Positions 22,897-36,745 of a DNA stretch of 64,000 bases are shown piece by piece. The notes beneath the pieces were generated by a model. It saw only the letters and a program-made list of their open reading frames with translations, was not told the origin of the DNA and made no database searches. The position numbers were made by a program, and so were the translations under genes. The stretch lies in the NCBI RefSeq assembly GCF_036507355.1, contig NZ_AP027877.1. The stretch is one strand, 5' to 3'. How positions within the stretch are numbered: the stretch's first letter is position 1; each line of letters begins with the position of its first letter. Source of the DNA: Escherichia coli (GTDB lineage: Bacteria; Pseudomonadota; Gammaproteobacteria; Enterobacterales; Enterobacteriaceae).

Positions 22897-22949
22897 ATAT
22901 ACTATAGGGGGGTATGCATTGACATATAGCATACCCCCCTATAGTATAT
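22897..22949 (+). promoter_or_regulatory. frmRAB promoter/operator: perfect 21-bp inverted repeat with G6/C6 tracts
   Basis: atatactataggggggtatgc (22897-22917) and its exact reverse complement (22929-22949) flank an 11-bp spacer attgacatata containing TTGACA; TATAGT/TAGTAT -10-like hexamers in the right arm; 25 bp upstream of the frmR ATG. Confidence 0.7.
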
Positions 22950-22973
22950 TGCGTGCAGATGATGAGGTGCGAA

Positions 22974-23249
22974 ATGCCCAGTACTCCGGAAGAGAAGAAA
23001 AAGGTCCTTACTCGAGTTCGTCGTATTCGGGGGCAGATTGATGCTCTGGAACGGTCGCTGGAGGGTGATGCCGAATGCCGTGCCGTACTCCAACAGATCG
23101 CTGCCGTTCGGGGCGCGGCTAATGGGCTGATGGCAGAAGTGCTTGAAAGCCATATCCGGGAAACGTTTGACCGAAATGACTGCTACAGCCGCGAAGTCAG
23201 CCAATCCGTTGACGACACTATTGAACTGGTTCGTGCCTATCTTAAATAG
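22974..23249 (+). CDS. frmR: Formaldehyde-responsive repressor FrmR (CsoR/RcnR family)
   Basis: 91 aa from [48 protein letters not shown]... Confidence 0.9.
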   Translation: MPSTPEEKKKVLTRVRRIRGQIDALERSLEGDAECRAVLQQIAAVRGAANGLMAEVLESHIRETFDRNDCYSREVSQSVDDTIELVRAYLK

Positions 23250-23253
23250 CTGA

Positions 23254-24393
<1,140 letters not shown>

Positions 24394-24485
24394 TTGCCCG
24401 CAGGTATACCCCGTCCACTTCAGACGGGGTTCTTAATACTCTCCCCGGGCAGCCGTCCGGGGGATTAACCGTGAGATAATGACTG

Positions 24486-25319
24486 ATGGAACTCATTGAA
24501 AAACATGCCAGCTTTGGCGGCTGGCAAAATGTGTATCGGCATTATTCCCAATCATTGAAATGTGAAATGAATGTCGGCGTCTATCTCCCGCCAAAGGCCG
24601 CAGGTGAAAAATTACCGGTGCTGTACTGGCTTTCGGGCCTGACCTGCAATGAGCAGAATTTCATTACTAAATCGGGGATGCAGCGTTACGCGGCTGAGCA
24701 CAACATTATTGTTGTTGCGCCGGACACCAGTCCGCGAGGCAGTCATGTCGCAAATGCCGACCGTTACGATCTCGGGCAAGGTGCCGGGTTTTACCTGAAC
24801 GCAACGCAAGCGCCGTGGAATGAACATTACAAAATGTATGACTATATCCGCAACGAGCTGCCGGATTTAGTGATGCATCATTTTCCGGCAACGGCCAAAA
24901 AGTCTATCTCTGGTCATTCTATGGGCGGGCTGGGCGCGCTGGTGCTGGCGTTACGTAACCCAGATGAATATGTCAGCGTCTCGGCGTTTTCGCCCATTGT
25001 CTCCCCATCGCAAGTGCCGTGGGGACAGCAAGCCTTTGCTGCATATCTTGGTGAAAATAAAGATGCCTGGTTGGATTACGACCCGGTGAGTCTTATTTCA
25101 CAAGGTCAACGCGTTGCGGAAATCATGGTTGATCAGGGGTTGAGTGATGATTTTTACGCAGAACAGCTGCGGACTCCAAATCTTGAAAAGATCTGCCAGG
25201 AGATGAATATCAAGACGTTAATCCGTTATCACGAGGGTTACGACCACAGCTATTATTTTGTCTCCAGTTTTATTGGCGAGCATATTGCCTACCACGCCAA
25301 TAAACTGAATATGCGTTGA
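24486..25319 (+). CDS. frmB: S-formylglutathione hydrolase (esterase D family)
   Basis: 277-aa ORF with serine-hydrolase motif GHSMGG. Confidence 0.95.
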   Translation: MELIEKHASFGGWQNVYRHYSQSLKCEMNVGVYLPPKAAGEKLPVLYWLSGLTCNEQNFITKSGMQRYAAEHNIIVVAPDTSPRGSHVANADRYDLGQGAGFYLNATQAPWNEHYKMYDYIRNELPDLVMHHFPATAKKSISGHSMGGLGALVLALRNPDEYVSVSAFSPIVSPSQVPWGQQAFAAYLGENKDAWLDYDPVSLISQGQRVAEIMVDQGLSDDFYAEQLRTPNLEKICQEMNIKTLIRYHEGYDHSYYFVSSFIGEHIAYHANKLNMR

Positions 25320-25324
25320 TAATA

Positions 25325-25440
25325 GTGCACGACTGCCGGATGCGGCGTGAACGCCTTATCCGCCTACATTTCGCCCGCAGGCCGTAGGCATGATAAGACG
25401 CGCATAGCGTCGCATCAGGCATCTGCGCACGACTTATCTA
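25325..25440. repeat. REP/BIME palindromic units
   Basis: gccggatgcggcgtgaacgccttatccgcctac ... gcatgataagacgcgcatagcgtcgcatcaggcat; characteristic REP consensus blocks. Confidence 0.8.
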
Positions 25441-25443
25441 TGT

Positions 25444-25983
25444 TTACCACATCAAATCATCAGGCACTTTGAAGTCGGCATACGGATCGTCTTCATCCTG
25501 CTCTTCGGCACTGAGCGCGCTGTGCAACACAATACTGCTGGCATCACGCTGAGCAATTTTATCGGCAACGCTGGCGGGAATAATGGCGTATTCACCTTCG
25601 CTATTGTTATCGACCAACAAGCGGGCAATCGCCAGACGACCATTAATCAACTGCGCTTGTGTGAGCTTATCGACAAAAATCTTCTTAATCAGATTGCCGT
25701 CAGTGAAGTTAAAACCAATATCGCCATTGGCAATGGTGATTCGGTTCATTTCAATGAGCTGCTTCACCTGGGCTTTATATTCTTTCGCCAACGCCGCTTG
25801 TTTTTGCTGTTCGCTAAGCTGTTTATCACGCTCAAGCTGTGCCTTTTTATTTTCTTCTACCGCAGCCCGAGCTTCACGCGCCTGAACGCGCGATTTTTTC
25901 GCCGTTCTCTCGACCTTCGCCGCTTTTTTGCTGGTGACTAATCCTGCTTTGAGCAACTGCTCTTGTAAGGTAAGTTTTGCCAT
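25444..25983 (-). CDS. yaiL: Uncharacterised DUF2058-like protein YaiL
   Basis: About 179 aa from MAKLTLQEQLLKAGLVTSKKAAKVERTAKKSRVQAREARAAVEE...; the track ORF extends upstream to 26100. Confidence 0.85.
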   Translation of the reverse strand: MAKLTLQEQLLKAGLVTSKKAAKVERTAKKSRVQAREARAAVEENKKAQLERDKQLSEQQKQAALAKEYKAQVKQLIEMNRITIANGDIGFNFTDGNLIKKIFVDKLTQAQLINGRLAIARLLVDNNSEGEYAIIPASVADKIAQRDASSIVLHSALSAEEQDEDDPYADFKVPDDLMW

Positions 25984-26084
25984 CTTTGTTTCCAAACCCG
26001 CTGAATAATTTTTAGCGAGTATACCTGCAAACGCCGTGGGTGTATTGGGGGCAAGTCCCTTTCGCCCCTGCTTAATAAGGCGCG

Positions 26085-27296
26085 TCAGGCATCGGCACAC
26101 GGCTGCATTCTTGATCTCCGACTCATCAAAATAAACACCGCCAACCCAGCAACAAGAATACCCGGTGCAGAAGCGGCCATTACGCCGACCGTGCCAGTGC
26201 CTAATGCCAGCATTTTCCCGGCCAGTAACGGACCGCTCATAGCCCCCAGACGCCCTACCGCCACGGCTGTTCCCACACCTGTTGCGCGGATCTGCGAACT
26301 GTAAAACAACGGTGCCAGGGCATACAAAACGCTTTGCCCACCTGTCGCAAACAACCCCGCGACAAATCCCGCCAGCAACATACCGTTAAATGACGACACC
26401 GTTCCAAGCGCCAGCAGCGAAGCTAACATGCCGCTATAAATCAGTAGCGACATGGTTACTGGACGCAGCTTATCCATCAATGCGCCCAACATTAACGTCC
26501 CGCTTGCCGCCCCCATTTGCAGTGCAAACATCACCCCTGCCGCCTGCGATGGCTGGAATCCTTGCTCCACCAAAAGCAGCGGTAGCCAGTTGATCAACAT
26601 GTAGACCACCAGCAGAGTGAAGAAATAACACAACCACACCAGCAGCGTCGCGGTTGCCGTTTCTGGCGCAAATAACGCACGCAGTGGTGGCGCAGCCTGT
26701 TTTTCGCCAGCGAAAACCGCCGACTCCGGCAGCCAGCGCATTAATAGCGGCACCAGAATCAACGGCACCACACCACCTACCCAAAACACCGTTTGCCATG
26801 CTAAGTTTGCCCCCGCGAAACCCAGTGTCGCCGCCAGCGCCGCGCCAATGGGAACACCGCAATACATCAGGCTCACTGCCGTCCCACGAAAACGTGGACC
26901 CGCGGCTTCAGACGTCAGGGCGATAAGATTCGGCAACGCCGCCCCCAGCCCGACACCGGTCATCAGCCGCGCAAAGACCAGTGAGGGGAAATCCCAGGCA
27001 ATCGCCGTTGCCAGCGAGAACAAACCAAACAGCGCAACTGAGCCAATCAAAATGCGCTTGCGACCATAACGGTCCGCCAGCATTCCGCCAACCAACGCGC
27101 CGGGTAGTAAACCGAGTATTCCGGCGCTGAATATCCAGCCCATTTGCATTTTATCGAGTGCGAAAGCCTGGGCGATGCCACCCGCCGCAATGCCAGCCGC
27201 CTGAAGATCCAGCCCTTCCATCAGAGCGACCAAAAAACAAAGCCCGATGGTCAGCATCAGGCGGGATGAAGATGATGAAGGGGTACGAGTCGACAT
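26085..27296 (-). CDS. mhpT: 3-hydroxyphenylpropionate transporter (MFS)
   Basis: 403 aa from MSTRTPSSSSSRLMLTIGLCFLVALMEGLDLQAAG...; the track ORF extends 23 codons upstream. Confidence 0.9.
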   Translation of the reverse strand: MSTRTPSSSSSRLMLTIGLCFLVALMEGLDLQAAGIAAGGIAQAFALDKMQMGWIFSAGILGLLPGALVGGMLADRYGRKRILIGSVALFGLFSLATAIAWDFPSLVFARLMTGVGLGAALPNLIALTSEAAGPRFRGTAVSLMYCGVPIGAALAATLGFAGANLAWQTVFWVGGVVPLILVPLLMRWLPESAVFAGEKQAAPPLRALFAPETATATLLVWLCYFFTLLVVYMLINWLPLLLVEQGFQPSQAAGVMFALQMGAASGTLMLGALMDKLRPVTMSLLIYSGMLASLLALGTVSSFNGMLLAGFVAGLFATGGQSVLYALAPLFYSSQIRATGVGTAVAVGRLGAMSGPLLAGKMLALGTGTVGVMAASAPGILVAGLAVFILMSRRSRMQPCADA

Positions 27297-27365
27297 AAGA
27301 TGAACCTCGTTGCGAGTGCAGGTGAATCGCGACTGATACATTGCCAGCCGCGTAATCAGAACCAT

Positions 27366-27545
<180 letters not shown>

Positions 27546-27572
27546 CAAAATGCACGTTCTCGGCAGTCAATA

Positions 27573-28582
27573 TTATTTGTTGTTGCGCAGATCCAGCGCC
27601 ACGTCGACGATCATATCCTCCTGGCCACCAACCATCCGGCGTTTGCCCAGCTCAACGAGAATATCCACCGCGCTTAAGCCATAACGCGCCGCCGCCGTTT
27701 CACAGTGACGCAGGAAGCTGGAGTAAACACCAGCGTATCCCAGCGCCAGCGTTTCGCGATCGACTCGTACCGGTCGATCCTGCAACGGACGCACCAGGTC
27801 GTCAGCGGCATCCATTAACGCATAGAGATCGGCCCCATGCTGCCAACCCAGTTTATCCACGGCGGCAATAAATACTTCCAGCGGCGCGTTACCTGCGCCC
27901 GCGCCCATTCCCGCGAGGCTGGCGTCGATTCGGTCGCAGCCCTCTTCCACCGCCGCGATAGAGTTCGCCACGCCAAGACTCAGGTTATGGTGAGCGTGCA
28001 TGCCGGTTTGCGTTTCTGGTTTCAGCACTGCTTTCAGGGCGCGGAAACGGTCACGGATATCGCTCATGTTCATCGCACCGCCAGAATCCACCACATAAAT
28101 GCAGGTCGCACCGTAGCCTTCCATCAGCTTTGCCTGCTTGGCGAGATTCTCCGGCGTGGTCATATGGCTCATCATCAGAAAACCAACGGTGTCCATTCCG
28201 AGCTCGCGGGCATACTGAATATGCTGGGCGGAAACATCAGCTTCGGTACAGTGCGTAGCCACACGAACCACCCGCGCGCCAGCCTGCCAGGCATTTTTCA
28301 GATCGTGAATAGTGCCGATTCCTGGCAGCAACAACGTCGCGATTTTGGCGTGCTTCACCACATCCGCCGCTGCTTCAATCCATTCAAGGTCGCTATGTGC
28401 GCCGAAATCATAGTTAAAGCTGGAACCCTGCAAACCGTCGCCGTGGGCCACTTCAATCGAATCCACGCGGGCATCGTCCAGTGCTTTGGCAATCTGGCGA
28501 ACGTTTTCCAGCGAATACTGATGACGAATGGCGTGCATACCGTCACGCAACGTGACGTCCGAAATATAAAGTTTTTTACCGT

Positions 28583-28586
<4 letters not shown>
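27573..28586 (-). CDS. mhpE: 4-hydroxy-2-oxovalerate aldolase
   Basis: 337-aa [40 protein letters not shown]... Confidence 0.95.
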
Positions 28587-30348
<1,762 letters not shown>

Positions 30349-31215
30349 TTAAGCACGTGCGAGGAAATTCAGCACCAGTTGATTGAAAGCGTCGGCATGT
30401 TCCCACTGCGCCCAGTGACCACAGTCGCGGAAGATATGCAGTTCAGAACCGGCAATGCCGGACAGCAGACGCAGACCCGCATCCATCGGCACAAAGCGGT
30501 CGTTGCGCCCCCAGACAATCAGGGTTTGCGCTTTGATTTCCGCCAGACGTGGGCCAAAATCCGGGAACTGTTTCGGATTAGCTTCCAGGCTCTTAACGAA
30601 ATTTTCCAGGTGATCGCGGCGCGACAGCATATTATTCAGGCGCGCTTCAAACAGGGCGTCGGTCAAATCGCTGGTATCAAAAACGAAGATATCCATCATC
30701 AGCTTCAGGTTTTCGATAGTCGGCTGACGATAAAGCTGATTCAGTCGCTTAATACCTTCGGTTGGCATCGGCGTAAACAAACTCATGCCGCCCGTACCGC
30801 CGCCCATCAGCACCAGTTTGCCGACGCGCTCCGGCCAGTTAAGGGTGAACGCCACAGAACTATGGCCACCCATCGAGTTGCCCAGCAGGTGGATTTTGGC
30901 GATATCCAGTTGATCCACCACGCTTTTCAGGATTCGTGCATTAAGATCCGATCGCGAACCACTATTAACGATCGAATCGCTCTTGCCCCAACCCGGACAA
31001 TCCAGCAGGATCACCCGATAGCCCGCCTCTACCAGCGGATCGATATTGCGGCTGAAGTTCGCCCAGCCAGTAGCACCCGGGCCGGAACCATGCAGCAGGA
31101 CAACGGTTTCGTCGCCTTGTCCGCAGTCATTAAAATGGATGCGCAGCGTTTTACCCGCTTCTTCTACATTCAGAAAACGGCTGGTGGCGGCTTCGGTTTG
31201 TGGCTGATAACTCAT
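30349..31215 (-). CDS. mhpC: 2-hydroxy-6-ketonona-2,4-dienedioate hydrolase (alpha/beta hydrolase)
   Basis: 288 aa from [34 protein letters not shown]...; motif GNSMGG; the track ORF starts 21 codons upstream. Confidence 0.9.
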
Positions 31216-31232
31216 CATCTTCTCCTGCATAT

Positions 31233-32177
31233 TCAGTTCTCTGTTCTGGCGCTTAACGAGCCAAATCCGGCAATCCACTCCGGGATTGGGCGGTAATAAC
31301 GCCCTTCGCTACGCCAGTTGCCAAATGCAGAAATAGCGGCAAAAGCGGCGACCCAGGTTTTGATTTCATGTGTCGACTTTCCGGCAATGGCGGAAAGCTC
31401 TTCGTTACTGACGGCATCCAGTTCCTGTATGCGTCCCTGCTCCAGCAAAGTCATGAACTGGTTATCCCAAATCGGGTTGAGCGGATGCAGAGTTCTCTGA
31501 TCCTCAACAAACTTCTCAGCGGCGCTAATCACCCGTTGCTGACGCAATTCGCGCTCACTGGCGGGTAAATCTTTCCCGCTCCCCAACAGGCGGTCGCGCA
31601 TATGGGCATCGGCTTTCGCCAGTTCGGGCACCGGCGGCTGATGGGAAAGCCCACCGGAACCCAGGAACAGCACGCGTTTATTGAGAGTGCTGGTGAAACG
31701 TCCAATGGCTTCACCCAACATGCGGGTACGCTGGAAACCGGGCAGCGGCGTGGCGACACCGTTGATGAACACAGGCAGAACTGGCACCTTATCCAGCCCA
31801 CCGAGCAGGAACTCCAGCGGCTGGGCGAACCCGTGGTCCACCTGCATACAGTAAGAAACGGCAAGATCGATCCCGCTCTTCATGACGGCATGCGCACAGG
31901 CCTCCGCCAGCTCCACAGGCACTGGCAGCTCTCCTGCCGCACTGCCGAAATCACCAATTGCCGTCGCTCCAACGCCTAAACAGAACGGTGGCATCACGTC
32001 ATAGAAAAAGCCGTTGTAGTGATCTGGCGCAAACAGCACCACCAGTTCAGGGGAGAAAGCCGCAATACGCTCGCGGGCGCTGGCAATCACGCCATTGACC
32101 TCATCGAGTACCTCTTGTGCCGGGTCGACATACCCCACCAGCGGCGAGTGGGAAAGACAATGAAGATAAGCGTGCAT
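31233..32177 (-). CDS. mhpB: 3-carboxyethylcatechol 2,3-dioxygenase (extradiol)
   Basis: 314-aa [35 protein letters not shown]... Confidence 0.95.
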
Positions 32178-32178
32178 A

Positions 32179-33843
32179 TCAGGCTACCTTTTCGACAGAA
32201 ACGTCGGCATCAGGGCGGGTCAGCGTCATCACCGACGCCAGTTTATTCAGGGTCTTGCCCAGGGTTTGCGGAATGGCGGTGGCGGCAACAAAGCGATCCG
32301 GGCGCATCACCACCAGCGAAGCATTGTGTTGCGCGAACCAGCTACGCAGGCGACCTTGCGTATCCCCCACGCGTAGTACGCCGTCGTGGTTATCCTGTGC
32401 GGTATGAATTTGCACTTCCGGCACCACCTGAATGAAGCGTGTGCCCAACGCGCGCCACTGCTGGATTTGCTCGTCGCTCATCCCCCACAGTGGATTGCAT
32501 CCCCAGCCAATTACCGCGAAGTTCGCGCCGATCGCGTTATCGAGCAGCGTCGCGTCGCCGTTTTCCAGCGTGACTTTCGGCTGAATAAACATCTTGCCGA
32601 CCGGAGAGTGCTTCGCTTCGCCCTCACGTACCAGCGCACCGCCGTAATATTGCGGCATCGGCTTGAAGCGCATTTCGAGGAAGTAGCGTTTTACTGGCGG
32701 CAGATAATTCAGCAGCCAGGAAACGCCGTCACGTAACGTACCCTGCCAGCGTTTCGGCGGAGCCAGCACGTTGCCCGCCGTCACGGACAGGTCAATCATC
32801 GCTTTGGCGTGATCGCGACGTTCTTGTTGATAGGTATCGAGCAGCGCATCGCGGGCTTTCCCCTGGATAACCAACGCCAGTTTCCATGCGAGGTTAAAGG
32901 CGTCGCGCATGCCACTGTTATAGCCCTGCCCCTGCCATACCGGCATGATGTGCGCGGCATCGCCCGCCAGCAGTACGCGATCAATACGGAAACGTTGCGC
33001 CAGTCGCGCGTTGTGGGTGTAGACACGCTGGCGAATCAATTCAACATTGTCCGGATTAGGCAGCACTTTGCTTAACAGCTTGCGCATATTTTGCGGCTCA
33101 CGCAGCTGTTCTTCGGTTTCTCCTGGCATCACCATAAATTCAAAGCGACGTACCGCATGAGGTAGCGCGGCAGAAACATACGGGCGCACCGGATCGCAAC
33201 ACAAATAGATATGCGGCGTACTTAACGGATCGTTGGCGATATCTACCACAATCCACTGATTTGGCGCAGTTTTACCTTCAAACGGCACATTCAGGGTGCG
33301 ACGGACAAAACTTGCCCCACCATCACAGGCCACCAGCCACTGGGCTTTGACTATTTCCCGCTGCCCTTCTGCCGTTTTCAGGTGCAAGGTCACTTCGTCA
33401 TCTTGCTGACTGAAGGCCTCCAGCTCGCGGGAAAACAAGCAGCGCACATTCGGAAAACGCGACACCCCTTCCAGCATCACCGCATCGACCTGCGGCTGAA
33501 TAAAGGCGTTACGGCGCGGCCAGCCAAATTCATCGGTCATTGGCTGAATATCAGCAAAACAGCGGCCCTTCGGGGTGAGAAAACGCATCGCGTGCCACGG
33601 CGTTGTATGCGGCAGAACATTATCGACCAGGCCGACCGACTGCATGGTGCGCAGCGCCTCGTCATCAATACCAATCGCACGCGGGTAGTCGATCAACTTA
33701 TCGAGTTTCTCCACCACCAGCACGTCAATGCCCATCTGGCCGAGATAGTTCGCCATCATCAGCCCGACCGGACCGGCACCAGCGATCGCCACCTGAACGC
33801 TATGGTTAACAGCAGGCTGGATGTCAGGGTGTTGTATTGCCAT
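32179..33843 (-). CDS. mhpA: 3-(3-hydroxyphenyl)propionate hydroxylase (FAD monooxygenase)
   Basis: 554-aa ORF with FAD-binding fingerprint [29 protein letters not shown]. Confidence 0.95.
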   Translation of the reverse strand: MAIQHPDIQPAVNHSVQVAIAGAGPVGLMMANYLGQMGIDVLVVEKLDKLIDYPRAIGIDDEALRTMQSVGLVDNVLPHTTPWHAMRFLTPKGRCFADIQPMTDEFGWPRRNAFIQPQVDAVMLEGVSRFPNVRCLFSRELEAFSQQDDEVTLHLKTAEGQREIVKAQWLVACDGGASFVRRTLNVPFEGKTAPNQWIVVDIANDPLSTPHIYLCCDPVRPYVSAALPHAVRRFEFMVMPGETEEQLREPQNMRKLLSKVLPNPDNVELIRQRVYTHNARLAQRFRIDRVLLAGDAAHIMPVWQGQGYNSGMRDAFNLAWKLALVIQGKARDALLDTYQQERRDHAKAMIDLSVTAGNVLAPPKRWQGTLRDGVSWLLNYLPPVKRYFLEMRFKPMPQYYGGALVREGEAKHSPVGKMFIQPKVTLENGDATLLDNAIGANFAVIGWGCNPLWGMSDEQIQQWRALGTRFIQVVPEVQIHTAQDNHDGVLRVGDTQGRLRSWFAQHNASLVVMRPDRFVAATAIPQTLGKTLNKLASVMTLTRPDADVSVEKVA

Positions 33844-34033
33844 TTCAGTACCTCACGACTCGGACAAAATGCCGTTGCGCGCACAGTACAGCGCAACTTA
33901 TTTTGTTAAAAACATGTAAATGATTTTTTATTGTGCGCTCAGTATAGGAAGGGTGTTTTCGGCTACAATCAAAACATGCCCGAATGTGCACTAGGTGCAC
34001 AACGTTGTTTTAACTATAGAAATGTCAATTAAT
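33844..34033. promoter_or_regulatory. Divergent mhpR / mhpABCDFE control region
   Basis: 190-bp AT-rich intergenic region between divergently oriented mhpA and mhpR; individual sites not resolved by eye. Confidence 0.5.
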
Positions 34034-34867
34034 ATGCAGAACAATGAGCAGACGGAATACAAAACCGTGCGCGGCTTAACCCGCGGTCTAATGTTATTAA
34101 ATATGTTAAATAAACTTGACGGCGGTGCCAGCGTCGGGCTGCTGGCGGAACTCAGCGGCCTGCATCGCACCACTGTGCGGCGACTGCTGGAGACGCTGCA
34201 GGAAGAGGGATATGTCCGGCGTAGTCCCTCCGATGATAGTTTTCGTCTGACCATCAAAGTGCGGCAATTAAGCGAAGGATTTCGTGACGAACAGTGGATT
34301 TCTGCACTGGCGGCCCCACTGCTGGGCGATCTGTTACGCGAAGTGGTATGGCCGACAGATGTGTCCACGCTGGATGTTGATGCAATGGTGGTACGCGAAA
34401 CCACCCACCGTTTCAGCCGCTTATCCTTTCACCGGGCAATGGTCGGGCGACGTTTGCCGCTTCTGAAAACCGCCTCGGGCCTTACCTGGCTGGCCTTTTG
34501 CCCGGAACAAGAACGCAAGGAATTAATCGAGATGTTAGCCTCCCGCCCCGGTGATGACTATCAACTGGCACGAGAACCGTTAAAGCTGGAAGCCATTCTG
34601 GCGCGCGCGCGCAAAGAGGGTTACGGACAGAACTACCGCGGCTGGGATCAGGAGGAGAAGATCGCCTCTATCGCCGTACCGCTGCGCAGTGAACAACGGG
34701 TGATTGGCTGTCTGAATCTGGTGTATATGGCGAGCGCAATGACCATCGAACAGGCCGCGGAAAAGCATCTTCCGGCACTACAACGGGTAGCAAAACAGAT
34801 CGAAGAAGGGGTTGAATCGCAGGCTATTCTGGTGGCCGGACGGCGAAGCGGCGTGCATTTACGCTAG
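34034..34867 (+). CDS. mhpR: IclR-family activator of the mhp operon
   Basis: 277 aa from MQNNEQTEYKTVRGLTRGLMLLNMLNKLDGGASVGLLAELSGLHRTTVRRLLETL... (IclR HTH plus effector domain). Confidence 0.9.
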   Translation: MQNNEQTEYKTVRGLTRGLMLLNMLNKLDGGASVGLLAELSGLHRTTVRRLLETLQEEGYVRRSPSDDSFRLTIKVRQLSEGFRDEQWISALAAPLLGDLLREVVWPTDVSTLDVDAMVVRETTHRFSRLSFHRAMVGRRLPLLKTASGLTWLAFCPEQERKELIEMLASRPGDDYQLAREPLKLEAILARARKEGYGQNYRGWDQEEKIASIAVPLRSEQRVIGCLNLVYMASAMTIEQAAEKHLPALQRVAKQIEEGVESQAILVAGRRSGVHLR

Positions 34868-34981
34868 TTACGCCAATGTGTAATTTGGCCCATTCTCATC
34901 GTTATTCGCCCATTTGCCCACATGCACAGCACGGGCTGCACGCTACGCTAATGACATCAATACTGTGATGTGGAGCAAATC

Positions 34982-35758
34982 ATGAAAATTACGCAAATTC
35001 GTAATGCCACCCAAATTATCCAATACGCTGGCAAAACATTTCTTATCGACCCGTTACTCGCGCCTAAAGGAAGTTATCCGGGTTTTGCCGGAACGGCACG
35101 CGCAGAAATCCGCAATCCAACGGTAGAATTACCGTGCGATTTAACAACGTTACTCAACGTTGACGCCCTAATCGTGACCCATTTGCATGAAGATCATTGG
35201 GACGAAACAGCCTCCCGCGTCGTCCCTAAAGATAAACTGATTTATGTGCAAAATGAGCAAGATGCGGAATCACTGAATAAACAAGGATTTACGCATCTTA
35301 CCGTACTTACCGACGAGACTAAATTTGGCGATATTACTCTGCATAAAACGACAGGGCAGCACGGCTCCGATCGCACCTATGCCGACCCGGCGATGGCGAA
35401 GCGTTTAGGCGCAGCCTGCGGCGTTGTTTTCCAGCACCCGACAGAGAAAACGCTCTATCTGGCTGGCGATACCCTCTGGCGTGACGACGTCGAGGCTACA
35501 ATGCTAACTTTCCAACCAGAAGTGGTTGTGTTGAATGCCGGATTTGCGCATGTTCTGGGGCATGGCGCGATAATTATGGGAGCAGAAGATATTCTCAAAA
35601 CACATTTTACCCTGCCAGAAGCGCAAATTGTCGCGACACATATGGAGGCCGTAAACCACTGTTTGCTGACGCGTGATGCGCTCAAGGAATACGCCAGAGA
35701 TAATCAAATTATCGAATTTGTGAACGTACCAGAAGATGGTGAAACGTTGACATTCTAA
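34982..35758 (+). CDS. Metallo-beta-lactamase-fold hydrolase (HxHxDH motif), function unknown
   Basis: About 258 aa from MKITQIRNATQIIQYAGKTFLIDPLL... with metal-binding motif THLHEDHWD; not part of the K-12 mhpR-lacI interval as I recall it. Confidence 0.75.
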   Translation: MKITQIRNATQIIQYAGKTFLIDPLLAPKGSYPGFAGTARAEIRNPTVELPCDLTTLLNVDALIVTHLHEDHWDETASRVVPKDKLIYVQNEQDAESLNKQGFTHLTVLTDETKFGDITLHKTTGQHGSDRTYADPAMAKRLGAACGVVFQHPTEKTLYLAGDTLWRDDVEATMLTFQPEVVVLNAGFAHVLGHGAIIMGAEDILKTHFTLPEAQIVATHMEAVNHCLLTRDALKEYARDNQIIEFVNVPEDGETLTF

Positions 35759-35777
35759 TTCGGAGATAAAGAGTGTT

Positions 35778-36731
35778 ATGCGCCCGCTAACTGTTGCCAT
35801 TATCGCCGTTGCCGGTTTTAGTCCTTTTCACCTTTCCGTACCGTTTATCGTATTTAGCGAAAAAATGGCGGAGAAAAAACACTTTCACGTAATTATCTGC
35901 GCTGAAAAGCCGGGAAACGTGGACTCTGCCGATGGGTTTTCCGTAACCGCCACCCATGACTATACCGCAGTCATCCAGGCGGATATTGTGATAATTCCTT
36001 ACTGGGGAACAATTACACAAAAACCGCCACAAAAACTGCTGGAAGCCTTAACGACCGCACGGGATAACGGCGCACAGATTGTCGGGCTTTGCCTGGGCAC
36101 GTTTGTGCTCGGCTATGCAGGTTTACTGAAAAATAAGCGTGCCGCCACGCACTGGGAGTTCGAGCGTGAATTTCAGGCACGTTTTCCACAAACACATCTG
36201 GATATTAACGCGTTGTACGTAGACGATGACGGCATTATTACCTCTGCCGGTACTGCCGCGGCGCTGGATTGCTGTTTGTATATTGTTCGGCAACATTTTG
36301 GCAGCGACTATGCTAACCATATTGCCCGACGGATGGTCGTACCGCCATATCGCACCGGCGGTCAGGCGCAGTTTATTGAGCAACCAGTGCCGAAAAATAC
36401 CCATGATGAACGCATTAATCTCCTGCTGGATTACCTGCGGCAAAACATTGCGCAACAGCATGATCTCGACTCGCTGGCGCAGCGAGTAATGATGAGTCGC
36501 CGCACATTAACTCGCCATTTTATGAAAGCGACCGGTTCGAGTATCGCCGAATGGCTCATTACTGAACGCTTACGCCGTAGCCAGGAACTGTTGGGATCCA
36601 GTCAGTTGCCCGTTGAGCGGATAGCGGCTGAGGTGGGTTTTCTCTCACCTGTGACCTGGCGTCAGCATTTTAAATCTCACTTCGGCGTCAGCCCCGCCGA
36701 ATGGCGCAAAACCTTTCGCGGTATGGCATGA
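35778..36731 (+). CDS. AraC-family regulator with N-terminal DJ-1/PfpI-like domain (GlxA-type)
   Basis: 317-aa ORF; N-terminal class-I glutamine-amidotransferase-like fold with GLCLG elbow; C-terminal AraC HTH (...RRTLTRHFMKATGSSIAEWLITERLRRSQELL...GFLSPVTWRQHFKSHFGVSPAEWRK); its last about 30 nt are the lacI promoter. Confidence 0.8.
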   Translation: MRPLTVAIIAVAGFSPFHLSVPFIVFSEKMAEKKHFHVIICAEKPGNVDSADGFSVTATHDYTAVIQADIVIIPYWGTITQKPPQKLLEALTTARDNGAQIVGLCLGTFVLGYAGLLKNKRAATHWEFEREFQARFPQTHLDINALYVDDDGIITSAGTAAALDCCLYIVRQHFGSDYANHIARRMVVPPYRTGGQAQFIEQPVPKNTHDERINLLLDYLRQNIAQQHDLDSLAQRVMMSRRTLTRHFMKATGSSIAEWLITERLRRSQELLGSSQLPVERIAAEVGFLSPVTWRQHFKSHFGVSPAEWRKTFRGMA

Positions 36732-36745
36732 TAGCGCCCGGAAGA
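36700..36745 (+). promoter_or_regulatory. lacI promoter
   Basis: cgaatGGCGCAAaacctttcgcggtatggCATGATagcgcc matches the canonical lacI promoter (-35 GCGCAA, -10 CATGAT) as recalled. Confidence 0.8.
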
